Positions 12,681 to 26,345 of a DNA stretch of 64,000 bases are shown in pieces. Each line of letters opens with the position of its first letter. Positions within the stretch are counted from its first letter, which is position 1. The DNA is taken from NCBI GenBank assembly GCA_965287045.1, contig OZ336884.1, positions 50,034,001-50,098,000 on the forward strand, read 5' to 3'. A program made the position numbers and the translations under genes. This DNA is from Carcharhinus amblyrhynchos. Its lineage: Eukaryota. Under the pieces are notes generated by a model. That model was not told the DNA's origin, made no database searches, and saw only the letters and a program-made list of their open reading frames with translations.

Positions 12681-12944
12681 ATAAGAAATAGGAGTAGGAG
12701 TAGGCCATCTAGCCCTTCAAGCCTGCCCCGCCATTCAATAAGATCATGGCTGATCTGTCATGGCTCAGTTCTGCTTTCCCGCCCTCTCCCCATAACCCTT
12801 AATCCCCTTGCCTATCAAAAACCCATCAATCCGCGTCTTAAAAATATTTAGCGAGGCAGCCTCCACCACTTCAACGGGCAGAGAATTCCAGAGATTCACC
12901 ACCCTTTGAGTGAAGAAGTTCCTCCTCAACTCCGTTCTAAACCT
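12681..12944 (-). mobile_element. Young 5'-truncated CR1 3' end
   Basis: ataagaaataggagtaggagtaggccatctagccc tail. Nearly identical to 55064-55330. aaccta occurs at 12675-12680 and 12939-12944 (possible TSD). Confidence 0.88.
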
Positions 12945-15173
12945 AGGAGAATTGTTCTTCAGAATTAATTGTGTCTTTTATTTGACAGCTTTTATGATAT
13001 GATCGATTACAATCAGTTCCTTTTTGTAGATCTGATTCTACGCACATAAAGTATGTGTCTAAATTATCCGAGTTCAGCCTTACAGTATTGTTCAAATCAA
13101 ATTGGCTGAATTCCCATTAATTTATAAGCTTTTCAAAGGAATTTTCATAACCAAGAAGACCCTGGATTTTTGTCTTCTGTTCAGAAACTGTGGGTTGGGC
13201 CATTTCCCCCAGTGTCATGGTCTCGACTTATAAAAGTTAGCCCAATGTTTTGGTTGCTGGATATCGGATGCTGGCTGGAGTTGGGGCTGCTGCCTCCAGA
13301 TGCAGGCCCAAGGTGATGAGTGGATGATGATCTGGCAGGGCAAACGACCTGCCTCCATTTTCTGGGATATCAGCCCAGTTCAGTTCATAATTGTTACGCC
13401 CTTGAGCCCTCATCTCTCTCTTTCCCCCACCTCCCATGAACTCAACCCCATGTACCCTCATAGTGGCAACTGTCAACAGAAGCAGGCTGAACAGGTAGTC
13501 AGAGATGTGTCTTGCCAAATGCCTCATTGTGAATGCTTTGCTAAGTTCTGAGGATGAATGATGGGGTTTGTTCATATGCTTGCAAAGGGGACCGCAGGCT
13601 TTGTTTGACTGACAGCGTTATTGCCTTGTGACAACTTAATTTTTCTTTGAAGTCTTTTTTAAATGCCTGTGTGTTTATTTAGACAAGATTAAATATTTGG
13701 GAATTTGTATGATGGGAATTTCATTGAATGTTGTTAGTTTTATGAGAAGCTAAGAGAGGGAATTTTCTTCAAAGGGAATGTTGAATTTTTTAATTTGAGA
13801 ACATTTCAAAGATTTGTCAGTGTTATTTTAAGGCTTATTGGTTCTGAACATAGTGGATAGTGGAAAAGTGCTTCAAAAGTAAAGCAGATGTCAGGACATA
13901 AAATCAATGTGAAAATCAAACCATTGCACTGAAAATGTACTTAACTCATCACAAACCATTACGTCATGAGAGTTGGAGCTGACAAGGGCTTTTAATCTTA
14001 CCTGTCTAAAGGTTCCCTTCTCACAACAGGCTTCCCACAAATGGCCTTACCAGCTGTGTTGCCCACAGATATCAGGAATCCATCTGCCTGAACTGAAATA
14101 CCAAATTCAGGAAACTTGAATTTGCAGCAGGCATTTAAGTAATGAACCTGATGTCACTTTTAAGTGAGCATTGTGTGGCCCATCACACTTTCCAACCTGC
14201 TGGAAATGATGGATGGGGGGAATTGGAAAGAACATTTACAAATGTGGCCCCACTTCCCTCCCTTTTCTTGTTTTTTCAATGTTTGGAGATGAAAATTCAG
14301 CCCCTGATGTAACATTCGTTATTACTTGCTTTCATTTGACAGTATCTCCAAGTATTTTCCCTTGAATTGAATTTCAAGGTGAAGCCTGGTCCAGGCTAAT
14401 TAAAATGATTTGCTCAGATCAGTTATGTTTTCTTGGTGATTGTCTAAAATTTCAACACTTACCATCAGGCATTCATTTTTAGTAGACATTCTTTTAGCTA
14501 CCTATTTTTATTCATTTATAACAGTGGATGTCACATTTTTCTTAGTTGAACCCTTGCAAGATGTTGTCTTTTTTATTCTTTCTCACATATAAGTGTCATT
14601 TTTGTCCATCCTTAATGTTTTTATCAAAGTAGTGATAACCTTCCTATATTTCTCCTTCACTGCAGTTTTATACACCTGTACATAGTTGGACCACTTCAGA
14701 AAATTCCATCATTGTGATCTGGAGTAGATGAGAGTTAATAAGGACCACAAGTTTCCTTCCTGAACACAATGAACCAGTTTGGAATTGAAGAGAAACTGAA
14801 TATAGGAATCACCCTGTCATCCTTAAATCATAGCTTTTGCCATTGGCACTGTGACAGCAGTAGCATTAGTACTTTTTTGCCAGCCATGTCTGGACTTGCT
14901 GAAAATGCTTCATTATTTGCACACCTCTGACCCTCAAACTGTGGAGGAAGCTTTCTATCCCCAGATTATATTCCACCTAGCTAGCATATTTGAAAACTAA
15001 TGCAGTTAAGCTACCTGTTAATGTAACATTTCTTACAAAAGTTACTGCCTTTGAGGATTGTGATAAGTCCTGTCATTTTTCATAGTACTGTAGTTATTCA
15101 ATGATAATAGGCAGAATTAATTTTTTTCTATGTTTTGTTCAAAATCGGCGCTCTGAATGGGATATGAAGGGTT

Positions 15174-15517
15174 ATAGAATCATAGAATCCCTACAGTGCA
15201 AAAAGCAGCCATTTAGCCCATTGAGTCAACACCGATTTTCTGAAAAAGATTCCTATCCAGGTCCTTCCCTCCACTCTATCCCTCTGCGCATTTACCATGG
15301 ACAGTCCACCAAACCTATACATTTTTGAACACTAAGGGCAACTTAGCATGGCCAATCCACCTAACCTGCACATCTTTGGACTGTGGGAGGAAGTGGCCCA
15401 CCCAGAGGTCGCACAGACATGGGGAGAACGCACAAACTCCACATAGTCCCACAAGACTGGTATTGAACCCGAGTCCCTGGCACTAGTGAGGCAGAGGTGC
15501 TTGCCACTGTGCTGCCC
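15174..15517 (-). mobile_element. HE1-like V-SINE with CR1-type tail
   Basis: tagaatcatagaatccctacagtgca tail, ctaacctgcacatctttggactgtgggagg core, tRNA-like head at the right. Confidence 0.9.
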
Positions 15518-16291
15518 TATTATCTGTTAATATTTACCATAACATTTCAAAATACATTGGATCAGCTCAGACAAAAATCAATAAGCAATTTGTGCACTTA
15601 GAATGCTTCAGTGTTCTTTGTTCTTTTTCACCTCCAATTCTGTGAATATCAGTTTTGGTTATAGAATGTGGTTGGAATTTTATTACAAAATGGAAAGTAA
15701 TTGTTGACTTTTGCAACAAGAAAGAAGCATTTGCATGAGGTTAATTTGTTTTTGAGAACATATCTGTAAATTTAGCAGGTTCTCTTTAATTTTTTAAAAA
15801 AGTTTCCATTCAATTATATGAAATTTAACCAAGTAAATTGAATGCACCAAAATTATTTCTTTTGATTGATTTATGGACAAGTTAGTAAAATGAGAAAGTG
15901 ACACATGGATGATTAGGACAGCATTTGCAAAGAGGACTGATAAATCAGCTTGGTCAAAAGGCTAGGATTTATGTCGAAACAGTTTGTGCAGCCTGTTGCC
16001 TGGTTTGCTGAGAACTGCATGCATATTCAGATATTTGTTTTGGATTGTCAGCAGTTTTTTGCTAACAAAGTAAGACTAGATTCCTTGTAGATGTTTTGTG
16101 CTACTTTTTTATTAGAATTGTTTTGGGGAAAATAAACTTTGTTCAAGTATTTTCAAGCTTAGAAAAAATATTTTAAGGATCTCTGACAATGAAAATTGGA
16201 AAAATGTTTTGACTGCTAAATAAAAACAGATAAATTTGTATCATTCAAATTAATACCTGTTCTTTCATTCATAACCCTTTATTTGATAATT

Positions 16292-16593
16292 AAGTTTATT
16301 TGTTAGTGTTACAAGTAGGCTTACAGTAACACTGCAATGAAGTTACTGTGAAAATTCCCTAGTTGCCACAGTCGGCAACTGTTCAGGTGTACTGGGGAAG
16401 AATTTAACATGGCCAATGCACATAACCAGCACGTCTTTCAGAATGTGGGAGGAAACTGGAGCACCCAGAGGAAACCCACACAGACAGAGGGAGAAAGTGC
16501 AGACTCCGCACAGATAGTTACCCGAGCTGGGGATCAAACCCACGTCCCTGGGGCTGTGAGGTAGCAGTACTAACAACTGTGCCACCATGCTGC
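16292..16593 (-). mobile_element. V-SINE, alternative-tail subfamily
   Basis: Same head and V core. Tail reverse complement is cagtaacttcattgcagtgttactgtaagcctacttgtaacactaacaaataaactt. Confidence 0.9.
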
Positions 16594-17309
16594 TCGTAAT
16601 AATGTTGCATGTTAGAAATTTACAGCCGACCATTATTCTATATCTTACCTATCAATACAGGGCATTGAAAATAAGTAGGCTGCAATTTTCCAGCTGTCTT
16701 GAATATTGGGCTGGATTTTTCAGTAAGAAATGAATCAACAGCTCTTGCTGCTGACCCAAAAGACCTCCTGATCTTTGGCACAGATATCCATCTCCTTTCC
16801 TGATAGGATTTTGAATTTAGTGCCAAGTTAAGGGAGTCTCCAGATTTCCAGTAAGTCATCAAGCCAACCACATTGAAAGCTCTCATCAACAGCAGACCAA
16901 GTTTATGTTTATTTTTAATGGTATTTTGCAGAATGAGATAAATGCACATGGGATTAAGATAGAAAATGAAATATCATAACCTTTTAAAAATATATATTTT
17001 AAAATTGGACTTTCTTATCATAATGGAATAATTTGGCATTTAGTAAAAATAAAATTAGTTTTTAAGGCCAGTGAGGCTGTCTGGCAATAATTATGGACCT
17101 AATGTACCATTCAAAACCCAGCTCAGGGTTTAACTTTTTTAAGAATTTTTACAGCAACACGCAACATTAACAGTGCAGGTTTTCATCAGTTCATGGATTT
17201 CCAGTTGATTTCAGGAGGTCCTCAACAGTGAAGAATTGTTGACAGGAACCTCATATGCACACTTAACTCTGCATAAGAGGACATCAGAAGAGGCTAAAAG
17301 CAAATTGCA

Positions 17310-17446
17310 AAAAGGAAAAAGCATGTGGATGCTGGAATTTGAAATCAAAAGCAAAAATGCTGGAAAATCTCAGCAGGTCTGGCAGCACCTGTCAGGGGAG
17401 AAAAAAGCTGACATTTCAAGGCCAGGTGACCCTTTGTCAAAGCTGT
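17310..17446. mobile_element. Penelope-derived short element fragment
   Basis: ggatgctggaatttgaaatcaaaagcaaaaatgctggaaaatctcagcaggtctggcagca, similar to 5810-5982. Confidence 0.6.
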
Positions 17447-17547
17447 CAGAAGTTGCTATTGTTTCAGAGGAATATTGACTGCAATCACTGATAGCTTTGT
17501 TATCATTATTGCCATATGATCAGGGCCATTATGTTGTCACAGACATT

Positions 17548-17673
17548 TGTTGGAATTTTACCGGCATACCCGCTCGAGGCTCGTAAGATTGCGCCCGAGG
17601 CCAACGGAAAATACCGTTCTGCGAGCCTCACCCACCCCGATTTTGGGGCGAGCATCCTGGTAAAATCAGGGCC
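17548..17673. mobile_element. ~125 bp MITE (PIF/Harbinger-like)
   Basis: Imperfect TIRs ggaattttacc ... ggtaaaatcagggcc. GC-rich. Related to 18317, 27586, 41544 and 53128 copies. Confidence 0.65.
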
Positions 17674-18316
17674 CTTTTTTTTCAATATATTATTGTAAGC
17701 AGAGTTTTTTTTCTATAGGTTGTGTTGATTATCTCAGCTTCTTTTCTTGACGGGATTTTTTAAAGGAGAAGTTTAAAACCTGATACAATAACAGTGAAGC
17801 AATTTCTGTAAATTTGTCCCTGATTATACTGTAGCATTCTTGATAAATGATGCATTCAAACAATTTATTAATAAAATGCACTGCAAAGGTCTGTGCCCAT
17901 GTACACTAATGATAATGGAGAAGCTCTTTGTGGGCAGCCCTAACTTTCTTTCCTATCAAGCTCATACCTTTACTGCATCAATCGCTGTGAACTTCGAGAT
18001 CCTGCACAGTTTGGTTTCTTTATTATTGTTAACTGAGCGCTGTTTACAGGGCTTAAAACCCCAAGACTCCAAATAAATGAGTTTCAGACTGTGTGATAAG
18101 AAGATTTTTAAAAATCTTTTCCTTGGAGGTGGTATCACATGTGGCCCTCTAGTAATTGCAACATTTCATCTTTTAAAAAAAGATGTTAGCAAACAGATAT
18201 AAATTATTTGATAAAATGTGCACATTCTGGTTAACATGTTTACAGAGAAGAATCGAACACAGTTTTAGTTTCCTGAAATTGTTTTTTTTTTACACACACA
18301 TCCTGTTAAAAGCCTA

Positions 18317-18447
18317 TGGGTGGGATTTGCTGACCGCGCTCACCCACCCCAAAACCAGAAATTCCTGTCCAAGGTCAATAGACCATCGGATAGTCCACCC
18401 CCTGCCCTCTATGATTACCTGACGGGCAGGATGGAAAAATTTCCTCC
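18317..18447. mobile_element. ~130 bp MITE (PIF/Harbinger-like)
   Basis: gggtgggattt ... aaatttcctcc flanked by tat on both sides (3-bp TSD). Internal caaggtcaat..tccacccc shared with 41544 and 53128. Confidence 0.7.
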
Positions 18448-19465
18448 TATGGGTGAGGTTTCCTTGTGGAATTGTGTTAGGAAGTGTTGTGACTCCAGCA
18501 GAAATAGGTAAAACATCCAGCAAGACACAAACATCAAGATGCACCATTCAATTCACTGTCTGCCATTTGTACCTCAGCAATGCTAAGAAGATCATGGTCA
18601 TAGGATTATGATGGGGCTACTTGATTACTTTAAGTTAAAGGGCTGCCTGAGCTGACCAATTAGTTCTGTCACCTGAGTGGAATAGGATAAATTTGATTTT
18701 GAACCTTAAGACGTCAGTTCAATACCTGCTTCAGTAATTCTGTATTTCTCTTTCACTCCTGAACTGAAGTGGGAATTCTTCCAAATGCCTATTAAATTCC
18801 AGTGACTTCAGATAAAACGGCCAGAGGTACAGATGGGCAAGATCTTTGCCCTGCTTAAATTGAGAGAGAATTCTGTCATAGCAGACTTTCTGCTCCATAT
18901 AAGTCTTGGTGCAATTTATGTTCTTTAAATAATCTCACAGCAGGTAATTAATTGTTTTAGCAGAGAGATTTTATCAAAACTGTAATTGTTTAACCACCAG
19001 TAGCTCAGTTGCTAATTGCACTGCTCATTGTGGAACTGAGTGATACAAGCAAGGAAGCGTGCATGTTTTATATCTCACCTGTGTTCAGTTATTTAAACCT
19101 TGATACAGACGGAGTAGGTGCTAAAGTTGGTCTCAATGGTCCTGGGCTAAGGAAGGGATAATTTAATAAGGCAGCTACGTATAATTGCTGTTCACTGATT
19201 ACAGCCAGTAGAAGTACTTGAGTGTTTAGAACAGGAACAGGTTGTTTGGTGAGATTTTTGTGCATATGCCTAAATAGCCTGTCAACATTCACAAATGTAG
19301 CTTTTATATGGACAGGAAAGGGGTTCATTTGAACAGAAGTATTTTTTCCTCTCAACAGCCATCCAGAAACAGAAAGGTAGTTTGATTTGCTTTCCCCTTT
19401 ATAAGCAGTGGTGTATTTCTCAACCCCACAGTTTTGGATGTGAATACATTTCTATTAATAGCTCA

Positions 19466-19756
19466 GGGTGGCATGGTGGTACAGTGGTTAGCACTGCTAC
19501 CTCACAGTGCCAGGGACCCGGGTTCAATTCCCAGCTTGGGTCACCGTCTGTGCGGAGTCTGCATGTTCATCTTGTGTCTGCATGGCTTTCCTCTGGGTAC
19601 TCCTGTTTCACCCTGAAAAACATGCTGGTTAGGAGCACGCTAAATTCTCTTTCAGTGTACATGAATAGGTGCCGGAGTGTGGTGAGCGGGGAATTTTCAC
19701 AGTAACTCCTTTTGCAGTGTTAATGTAAGCATTACTTGTGACACTAATAAACTTTA
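19466..19756 (+). mobile_element. V-SINE, alternative-tail subfamily
   Basis: A/B-box head ggtggtacagtggttagc...gggttcaattccc. Tail cacagtaactccttttgcagtgttaatgtaagc..ttgtgacactaataaac. Confidence 0.9.
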
Positions 19757-20559
19757 AATGAATGAACGTTAAAATAAACTTGAGATGGGATGAACTCAGA
19801 GTTAGTTTATTTGCGCACACTCAAATCATGAGGTAGTTGTCCCCTGTGCAATCGTACAGTAAAAAAGGATAGAGTAAATAGAAATAGAGAATTTACAGTG
19901 CAGAGACCATAGGGAAAAAAATTGTTTCATTATGGGTCCAGAATTCAGAATCAACGTCCTCCCTTCACAGAGATTGACGAGCTAAAAAACTGTTGCTGTA
20001 TAATTCACTTTTCAAGTTCAGTTAACTTTACACGATGAAATTGGCACTTGGAGATGGATGGTCTTGTAGGTGATGGTATCGATGTTTGAGTAGAGTCAGT
20101 CACTTTTCTATAATGCTGCTAGTTAGATGGTAAAACGGAAGACTGAAATACAGTACAGCAAGGCAATAATACTGGTTACTCAAGTTAGACATCCATGTCA
20201 CATGACAAGGGAAGAGATTTATTGTTGCATTTGAGTTTTTTTAACCAAACTGACAAGGTTAAGTTTTGGCAAAAGCTTTTAGGAATGTTTCAAGTTGGCC
20301 TTTGTAGTTTACAAACCATCAATTAATCACTTCAGTGGGATACAACATTGTTGTATAAATGAAGTAGAAAAAATCTGACTGCTGAAGAAATTAATGTACT
20401 GTATGGTAAAACATCATGTTGCATAGTTAGTAGAAATATTCTTAGCTTTTGTTCTTTCACCCTTAAAATACTAAAGGTTAGTAGGGAATATAAATCCTCT
20501 GGATAGATTAAAATGCCAGGCCATAATGTTTACACTCAGTGGTACAGAGGAATATTTAC

Positions 20560-21640
20560 CATCAGTAGTTATAAGAATCTGAGGTTACCCGTTCAGATAG
20601 TCTTTTGCTCTATTTTCCTTTCACTGTAATAAAAGACTAAAAGTTTGTTTGTTTAAACACTATCTTTATGGACAATGTTTATTTTTTAGCACAACCCAAA
20701 GCACTTTTAATTAGTTTTGCTTTAAGTAGACATTCAATTCCCCCAAATCCAGTCCAAAGTGTTTCTTAGCTTCTAAGGATTTACTTGTGCTCTTTTTCTG
20801 TCTGATCTTGGAAATTGTAATCTCAGGATTCATTTACAGTGAGGATTTTTCCTGAAGATTCCTTGTTGAGCACAAGCTAGCAAAATCATTTAGCCTCATT
20901 TTAACTCTTGATTAATTTTCTCTTTTCAATCCAAATGCACATTTCCACCCACATGACGAAGTGGCGAACCAGAAATCTTGCTGCTTATAATTGCTGTCTT
21001 CCCAGATGCTGGCAGATGAACTTTTGTGTGAGTTCTCTGGGATACCTTAGACCCTTCTCCTTTCAATGTCCATCTCCATAGCAACATAAATCACATGGGC
21101 ACTTTATTTCAGCAGAGATGCTGAATAGCTCTCCTTGAGGTAAAACTTCCTTTTATCTTGGCGGTAAATAGACATTTTAAAGAACAGCTGTTTGCAATCC
21201 AACACTCTCAACATTTTTGGCAGTTTGGATTCTATCAATCTGTCCATTGTTAACGCACAGATTCCAAGTGTAAACACCTTCTTCCCAGTAAAAGAATCTG
21301 GGCCCCCTTTAATCCCTATCGAAACAACCGCACTGGCTTGTTGCCAGGCAGACTTCAGAACAGGTTACATGGCCCCTTTCATTTTACCTTGAATTAAAGA
21401 CAGTTCCAAAACATAAAAATCTGATAAATCTCATTTGTAACACAATGTCAATGAAGTTAAACTTCACAGAACATATCCATACACACGTCTTGATCTTCTC
21501 TTCTGTGTTATAATCTTTGAGCATAGTTTCATGTTATTTATTCTATTAAAAATGCATCAAAATAAATCATAGAAATAGTGGGATTTCTGATTTTTCTTGA
21601 AGGTGTTTGAAAACATAGTCAGTTTCCAATATAATTTCAG
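20560..21640 (-). mobile_element. Ancient non-LTR retrotransposon RT remnant, clade unclear
   Basis: Reverse complement shows ttacctcaagga (LPQG) at ~21135-21150, then tgctatggagatgac-like YxDD region at ~21065-21090, in RT order. Heavily decayed. Confidence 0.45.
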
Positions 21641-21929
21641 TGAGGCACTCAACTGATTAGCCTTCCTAGATGCAAATGACAGAGCTTTCAATGGCTGCTA
21701 TTGTTTTCATGAATATTTTACTGCAAAAATATATCCCCTTTAGAAATTGAGTGTCCACTTGGAAAATGAAGTCTACAGATACAATAACATTACTGAAAGT
21801 TGCAAGGCAGGTTAATCAGGACATTAAAAAAGCCAAACAAGCTACTGGAATTAATTTCTGGAAGGATATTATAATTAAGGTACAAGGGAAAAGAGTGGTA
21901 GGTGGGTGCCAAATTAATGACTTTAGAAT

Positions 21930-23520
21930 TACATAGTTACATGGTATTTACAGCATAGAGATAGGCCATTCAACCATTATGCTTTTGTTCATGCTCCATG
22001 TGAATATTTTCCCCTTCTCCTCCTTCTAACTTCATTAGCATATGCTTCTGTCCCTTTCTGCCTTGTCTTTATCTAACTCCCTATTTAAATGCATCTTTGC
22101 TTGTTGCCTCAACTGTTCTTAGAATGGTGAGTTCACATTATAATCATTATCTGAGTGCAGGTCTTTCTCCTGAATTCCATGCTGTGTTTATTAGTAATGA
22201 GTATAGGGTCTAATTTTATTCTTAACTGTAAGTGGGAATAGCATCTTCGCATATATCCTTTTAAATCCTTACGTAACACTAAGGACTTTGATCAGATCTC
22301 TCTCTTCAGTCTTCTCATTTCAAGAGAAAAGAGATCCAGCTTGTTCAGCCTGAATCTATCATTCCATTAATTTACTCTAGAAACGTTTCCAGTGTCTCAA
22401 ATGCTTTTCATAAGATCGTGACCGCAACTGTTTACAGATGTGGGGGCTTAACTTCCTTGGAGTAGCAATCAGGGTTGGGCGGCCACTCCATGCCCACTTA
22501 CTTGCATGATTTTTTTTTTCCCGGCCTGTCTTGCCCAATTTTCTAACTCAGGTTGGGTGAGATCCAGGCAGTGTAGCTGTCTCCGGAGGTCAGTGTTTGA
22601 TTTGATTTATTATTGTCACATGTATTAACATATAGTGAAAAGTTACATCCAGCAGAGTGAGACTGAAGGAGAGTATGCCCTTTATTTTAACAACACTAGC
22701 TGTTGTAAATTAGGTACATTGAATTGTCCACTGAAATTGACAGATCAAGGAGAAGGTAAGTGCCCAAGATGAGTGGATGAGACTGCAGAGGTGGAAGGGA
22801 TTGAAGGTCAGGAAACATTGGTGAGAGGCAGGGGTGGCTCATCAGGTCATTGGGATCAGGGTAAGCGCTAGCCTTGTGGGAGAGGGAGGTGCTCAGGTTG
22901 GGTCAGGGAGAATACAGTGGAGAGTTGGTTGGTGAAGTGGGGAGGAGTCCCATGAGACGGGGTAGGTCATTCCTCTGGGTTGTCTGTGGGAGTTCCAAGG
23001 GAGTGGGATAGTTGGGGCTGAAGGAGGAGTCCTGTGGCATTGTATTTAATGGTGGATATGTCTGCCCCTTGGGGGTGTCAGGGGGTTGGAGGTTTGGTCA
23101 TCCTAGGTCTTTATGATAGTTACCCGGAACATAAAAGAGGTTTTAATTTTAACCTTTCCTGGGTAACTGTTTGTACCACACAGCTGGAACCATCCATGGC
23201 CTGTGATTTAAATTGTGTTTTAAATCGTGTTTTCATAGGAGTCCTGCTTCACAGCAATTGCCCAGAAGAAGTCTGTACTTTTGCTCAATTGTTATCCTAT
23301 CCTTTGAACCTCTGAGAGGGAATCCCCAGCGTATCTTTGGAGTACCTTCCAAATCCGATGCTGGGGAGCTCAGACATTACGGGTGGTCCAACCAAAGCTC
23401 TGTGTATTCAGTGCAAGTTTTGCTTTTGAATTCTATCCTTCTAGAATTAAATCCCAGTGGTTTTGTTTAGGTTTTTTTTAATGGCCTTATTAAGCTGCCT
23501 TACTACTTTTAATAACTTCT
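21930..23520 (-). mobile_element. Old CR1 3' fragment interrupted at ~22442-23395 by a GC-rich DNA-transposon-like insert
   Basis: ttacatggtatttacagcatagagataggccattc tail. 23405-23510 resumes ttgcttttgaattctatccttctagaattaaatccc, similar to 37755-37840. Confidence 0.6.
22596..22644 (-). mobile_element. Very short LINE 3' terminus (Rex1/Babar-like tail)
   Basis: Reverse complement: cttttcactatatgttaatacatgtgacaataataaatcaaatcaaac, with an (AAATC)n tail. Confidence 0.55.
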
Positions 23521-24839
23521 TTTTTGTAACTGTATGACTTAATTTTCCAAACAAATACTCAATTTTTGAGGAAGATATATTTGTGCAGTAAAATATTCAC
23601 CAAAACAAGAGGAGCAGTTCAGAGCTTTGTCATTTGCATCCTTTACATGTTAATTTAATTTTGTTTCCCGTGAGTAAGTGTTTGTGCCTGAACTCGGCAA
23701 AGAATTTAAACATTTTAAATCAATAGCAGTAAGACAAGTTATTTGAGTAAAAGCAATGTGCGTGGCAACTCCATAGGGTTTAACCATGAAATAATGTTGG
23801 GGGAGGCCTGGATCTTTTGCCCTATCATCTCAGGTTCAAACAGCAGTAAAGGAAAGTTGAAACATAAACTTGTTGAATCAGTGACAGTGAGTAACCAGCG
23901 AGGGAGAGGGCCAATTAAAACTGTGTAGATGGGGAAGATACCAATTCAATTCTTGCCCCAGTCTGGCCAACTGCAATTTGAAACTGCGGGCATTAAATCC
24001 ACCCATGATGTAGGTATGACCCCTCCAGCAGGTAGAGCGTACTGGGAACAGCAATCACAGCTGGAAAATTGAGGGGATTTAAATTGTACTTAATTATTTT
24101 TCTGCTTCCTTGTGGCCCAGCCAGAGGAATAATGGTTACTTGCCTGGTGGGTTTTCCTCTCCTCTAATCACTGTTGTCTTTCTTGAGATTGATTTGATTG
24201 CTGGAGAGTACGGGAGGAATCTTGTGCACTTCTATGAAGTAATCCCAGATTAGGATTGTTTCCAGACCCTGACCCCAAACTGGCATGTCCATCTAGGAGA
24301 TCTGTATGGAGACGACCAATCAAGGCAGAAGGTCTGCCATCCAATTAAAGATGGAAGGCAGGACTTTGAAAGGGCAACAGGAGCATTGCAAGGGATAGGT
24401 GCTTCCAATCTCAGCATGGCAACACATGCACCTCCACCTTGAGATGTCCTTTATTAAAATAAATAGTGGATACAACTGCCAGATCACCCCTCTCTGAAGG
24501 GGAAACCCCTTCTCAGGCTGACCAGCAGCAGCAGCTAGAACCCATTAATTCATGCAGCTCCGGTAAGGGGTTCGTTTAGGAGCCATCACGGAACCTCCAG
24601 GCACCTGGTGGGCTTAGTCCTCAGCTGGGACCCATTTGGATTTGGGATGATCCCAGTGGTAGCTTTGATCAATCCTGAAATGGACAATTCATTCTGCAGA
24701 TTGGCCACCCACTGCCTCCAGCTCAGTAGCCTCTGGAACTTTTGAGCTTCCACCTGGCAGCACTTTTGGGAGAATCGCCCCCCCCCGAGGGTGGATGAGG
24801 AGCGTTGACGTGGGACAAAGTCAATAAATTCCCTCAGCT

Positions 24840-25800
24840 AGGAAAGGCTCTCTGTCTTAGTTTCGACTTCATCAACTGGTTTTAATCCTGTCAAACAAGT
24901 ATGAACAATGCTGTTGATTTTTCACATGTATAAACCTTTAATTTCAGTTCCTATCTGTAAATCCCTTAGACATCACAGCTCTGACACTGAAGAATATTCT
25001 GAAACTTCGTGGAATTCTGAGTTTAAGGGCAATTTCATGACTCTTCTTAATCCTTTTCACTTTTTTTCTGCATAATTAAATTGTCAAATAAAGCATGAAT
25101 GGACAAGATTATTCAGTCACAAGGTACAATTTAGAATTTGTTTCCACGTTTCATAGCAAATGTTCTTTGACATTTATGTAAAGAAATTGTAAATGCATCA
25201 TGTTTTGTCCTGTAATTACCCAAATTAGCAAGCCATTCTGAATAAGTTCTTCCTATACATGTAGGTAAAAGTGCATTTGTTTGAAATTGTGGATTAAATA
25301 TTGAATTATATTGACGAAAAGAATGTTACTATTCTGCTTGTTCTAACTCACTGCGACTGATTCTCATAAGTACTACAAGGCCAGCATGTTTACAAATGAC
25401 AAGTTGATAAATGTTTCTCCTTGAAATAATCTTTTCAACCCTGATATCTGTTTACTTGCTACGAAGCTGGCACGTTGGGAAATGTTTGGATTTGGTTGAT
25501 TCTTTTAAGACAGCAATGGGCATAAATCCAAGTGCTCCATTAGTAAGATATTAAAAAACAAATGCAAAGCTCTGATCAGGACAAAACAACTCAATCAAAT
25601 AACGTGAATGCGGTTTTCTTACTGTCAGATCAGCCACATGGTAGAATTTCAAGAATTATATTCCTATTCGTATTTGCTACATTTATTTTCAAAAGTTTTG
25701 TTTTAACTCTGCATTTGCTGCTCTACCATCTTCTTTATTATTGTACCTTATGAAGAAACCAAACTTCGACATGACTTGACTTGTATACTTAGGCAATTGC
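24840..25800 (-). mobile_element. Ancient LINE RT remnant (Ingi/Vingi or I-like, uncertain)
   Basis: The reverse complement of 25400-25545 resembles W..A..IAVLK..K..P..(RPISL)..K..LEKII..R. Many disruptions. Confidence 0.4.
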
Positions 25801-26024
25801 AATACCACAAAAATCAAATTATTGTTCTTAACTAGCATCTAATGGCAAAAAAACTGCAAATACATTTAAATCTACTTATATTGAAATATTTTTACTGCTT
25901 TCCTTCACCTTTTTCGTGTATAAAATTGTGCCTTCAAGTCTGATTCTAATGTTTACTGCTTTATTATGCAGGTTGTGGGAATATTAATAACTCATAATTA
26001 TAACAGCTCCTAGTTAAGAGTGCT

Positions 26025-26345
26025 CAATGCCATTGGTAACTCTGTCACTTTTGAACCAGAAGGTTGTAGGATCAAGTCTTAATCCAAGACTTGAACACCA
26101 TAATCTGGGTTGTCATTTTAGTCGAGCAAAGGTATGTTTAATTATTAGAAGTATGCTATCTTCAACTGAGACATTTAAGGCTGTAACTTTCTATTCAAGT
26201 GAATGTAAAATATTTTATGGTACTACCTGAAGAAGAACAGTGAAATTTCCTGCCACAGCTATCATCACCAATAGCAGATTCACTTTTTGCCTATTTTATT
26301 ATTGGTGTGTCAGGAATTTGGTCTTGCAAAAATTACGTTACAATC
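26025..26345 (+). mobile_element. Degenerate Deu-domain SINE (SacSINE1-like)
   Basis: Head ggtaactctgtcacttttgaaccagaaggttgtaggatcaagtc..agacttgaacac resembles the reverse complement of 58400-58490. Confidence 0.5.

Noticed and set aside
19466-19540. tRNA-like sequences
   Set aside because: These are SINE heads with A/B boxes that continue into the V domain. No complete cloverleaf.
19382-19705. Recurrent similar ORFs (e.g. LCGVCTFSLCLCGFP) at many positions
   Set aside because: They are translations of V-SINE copies, not a gene family.
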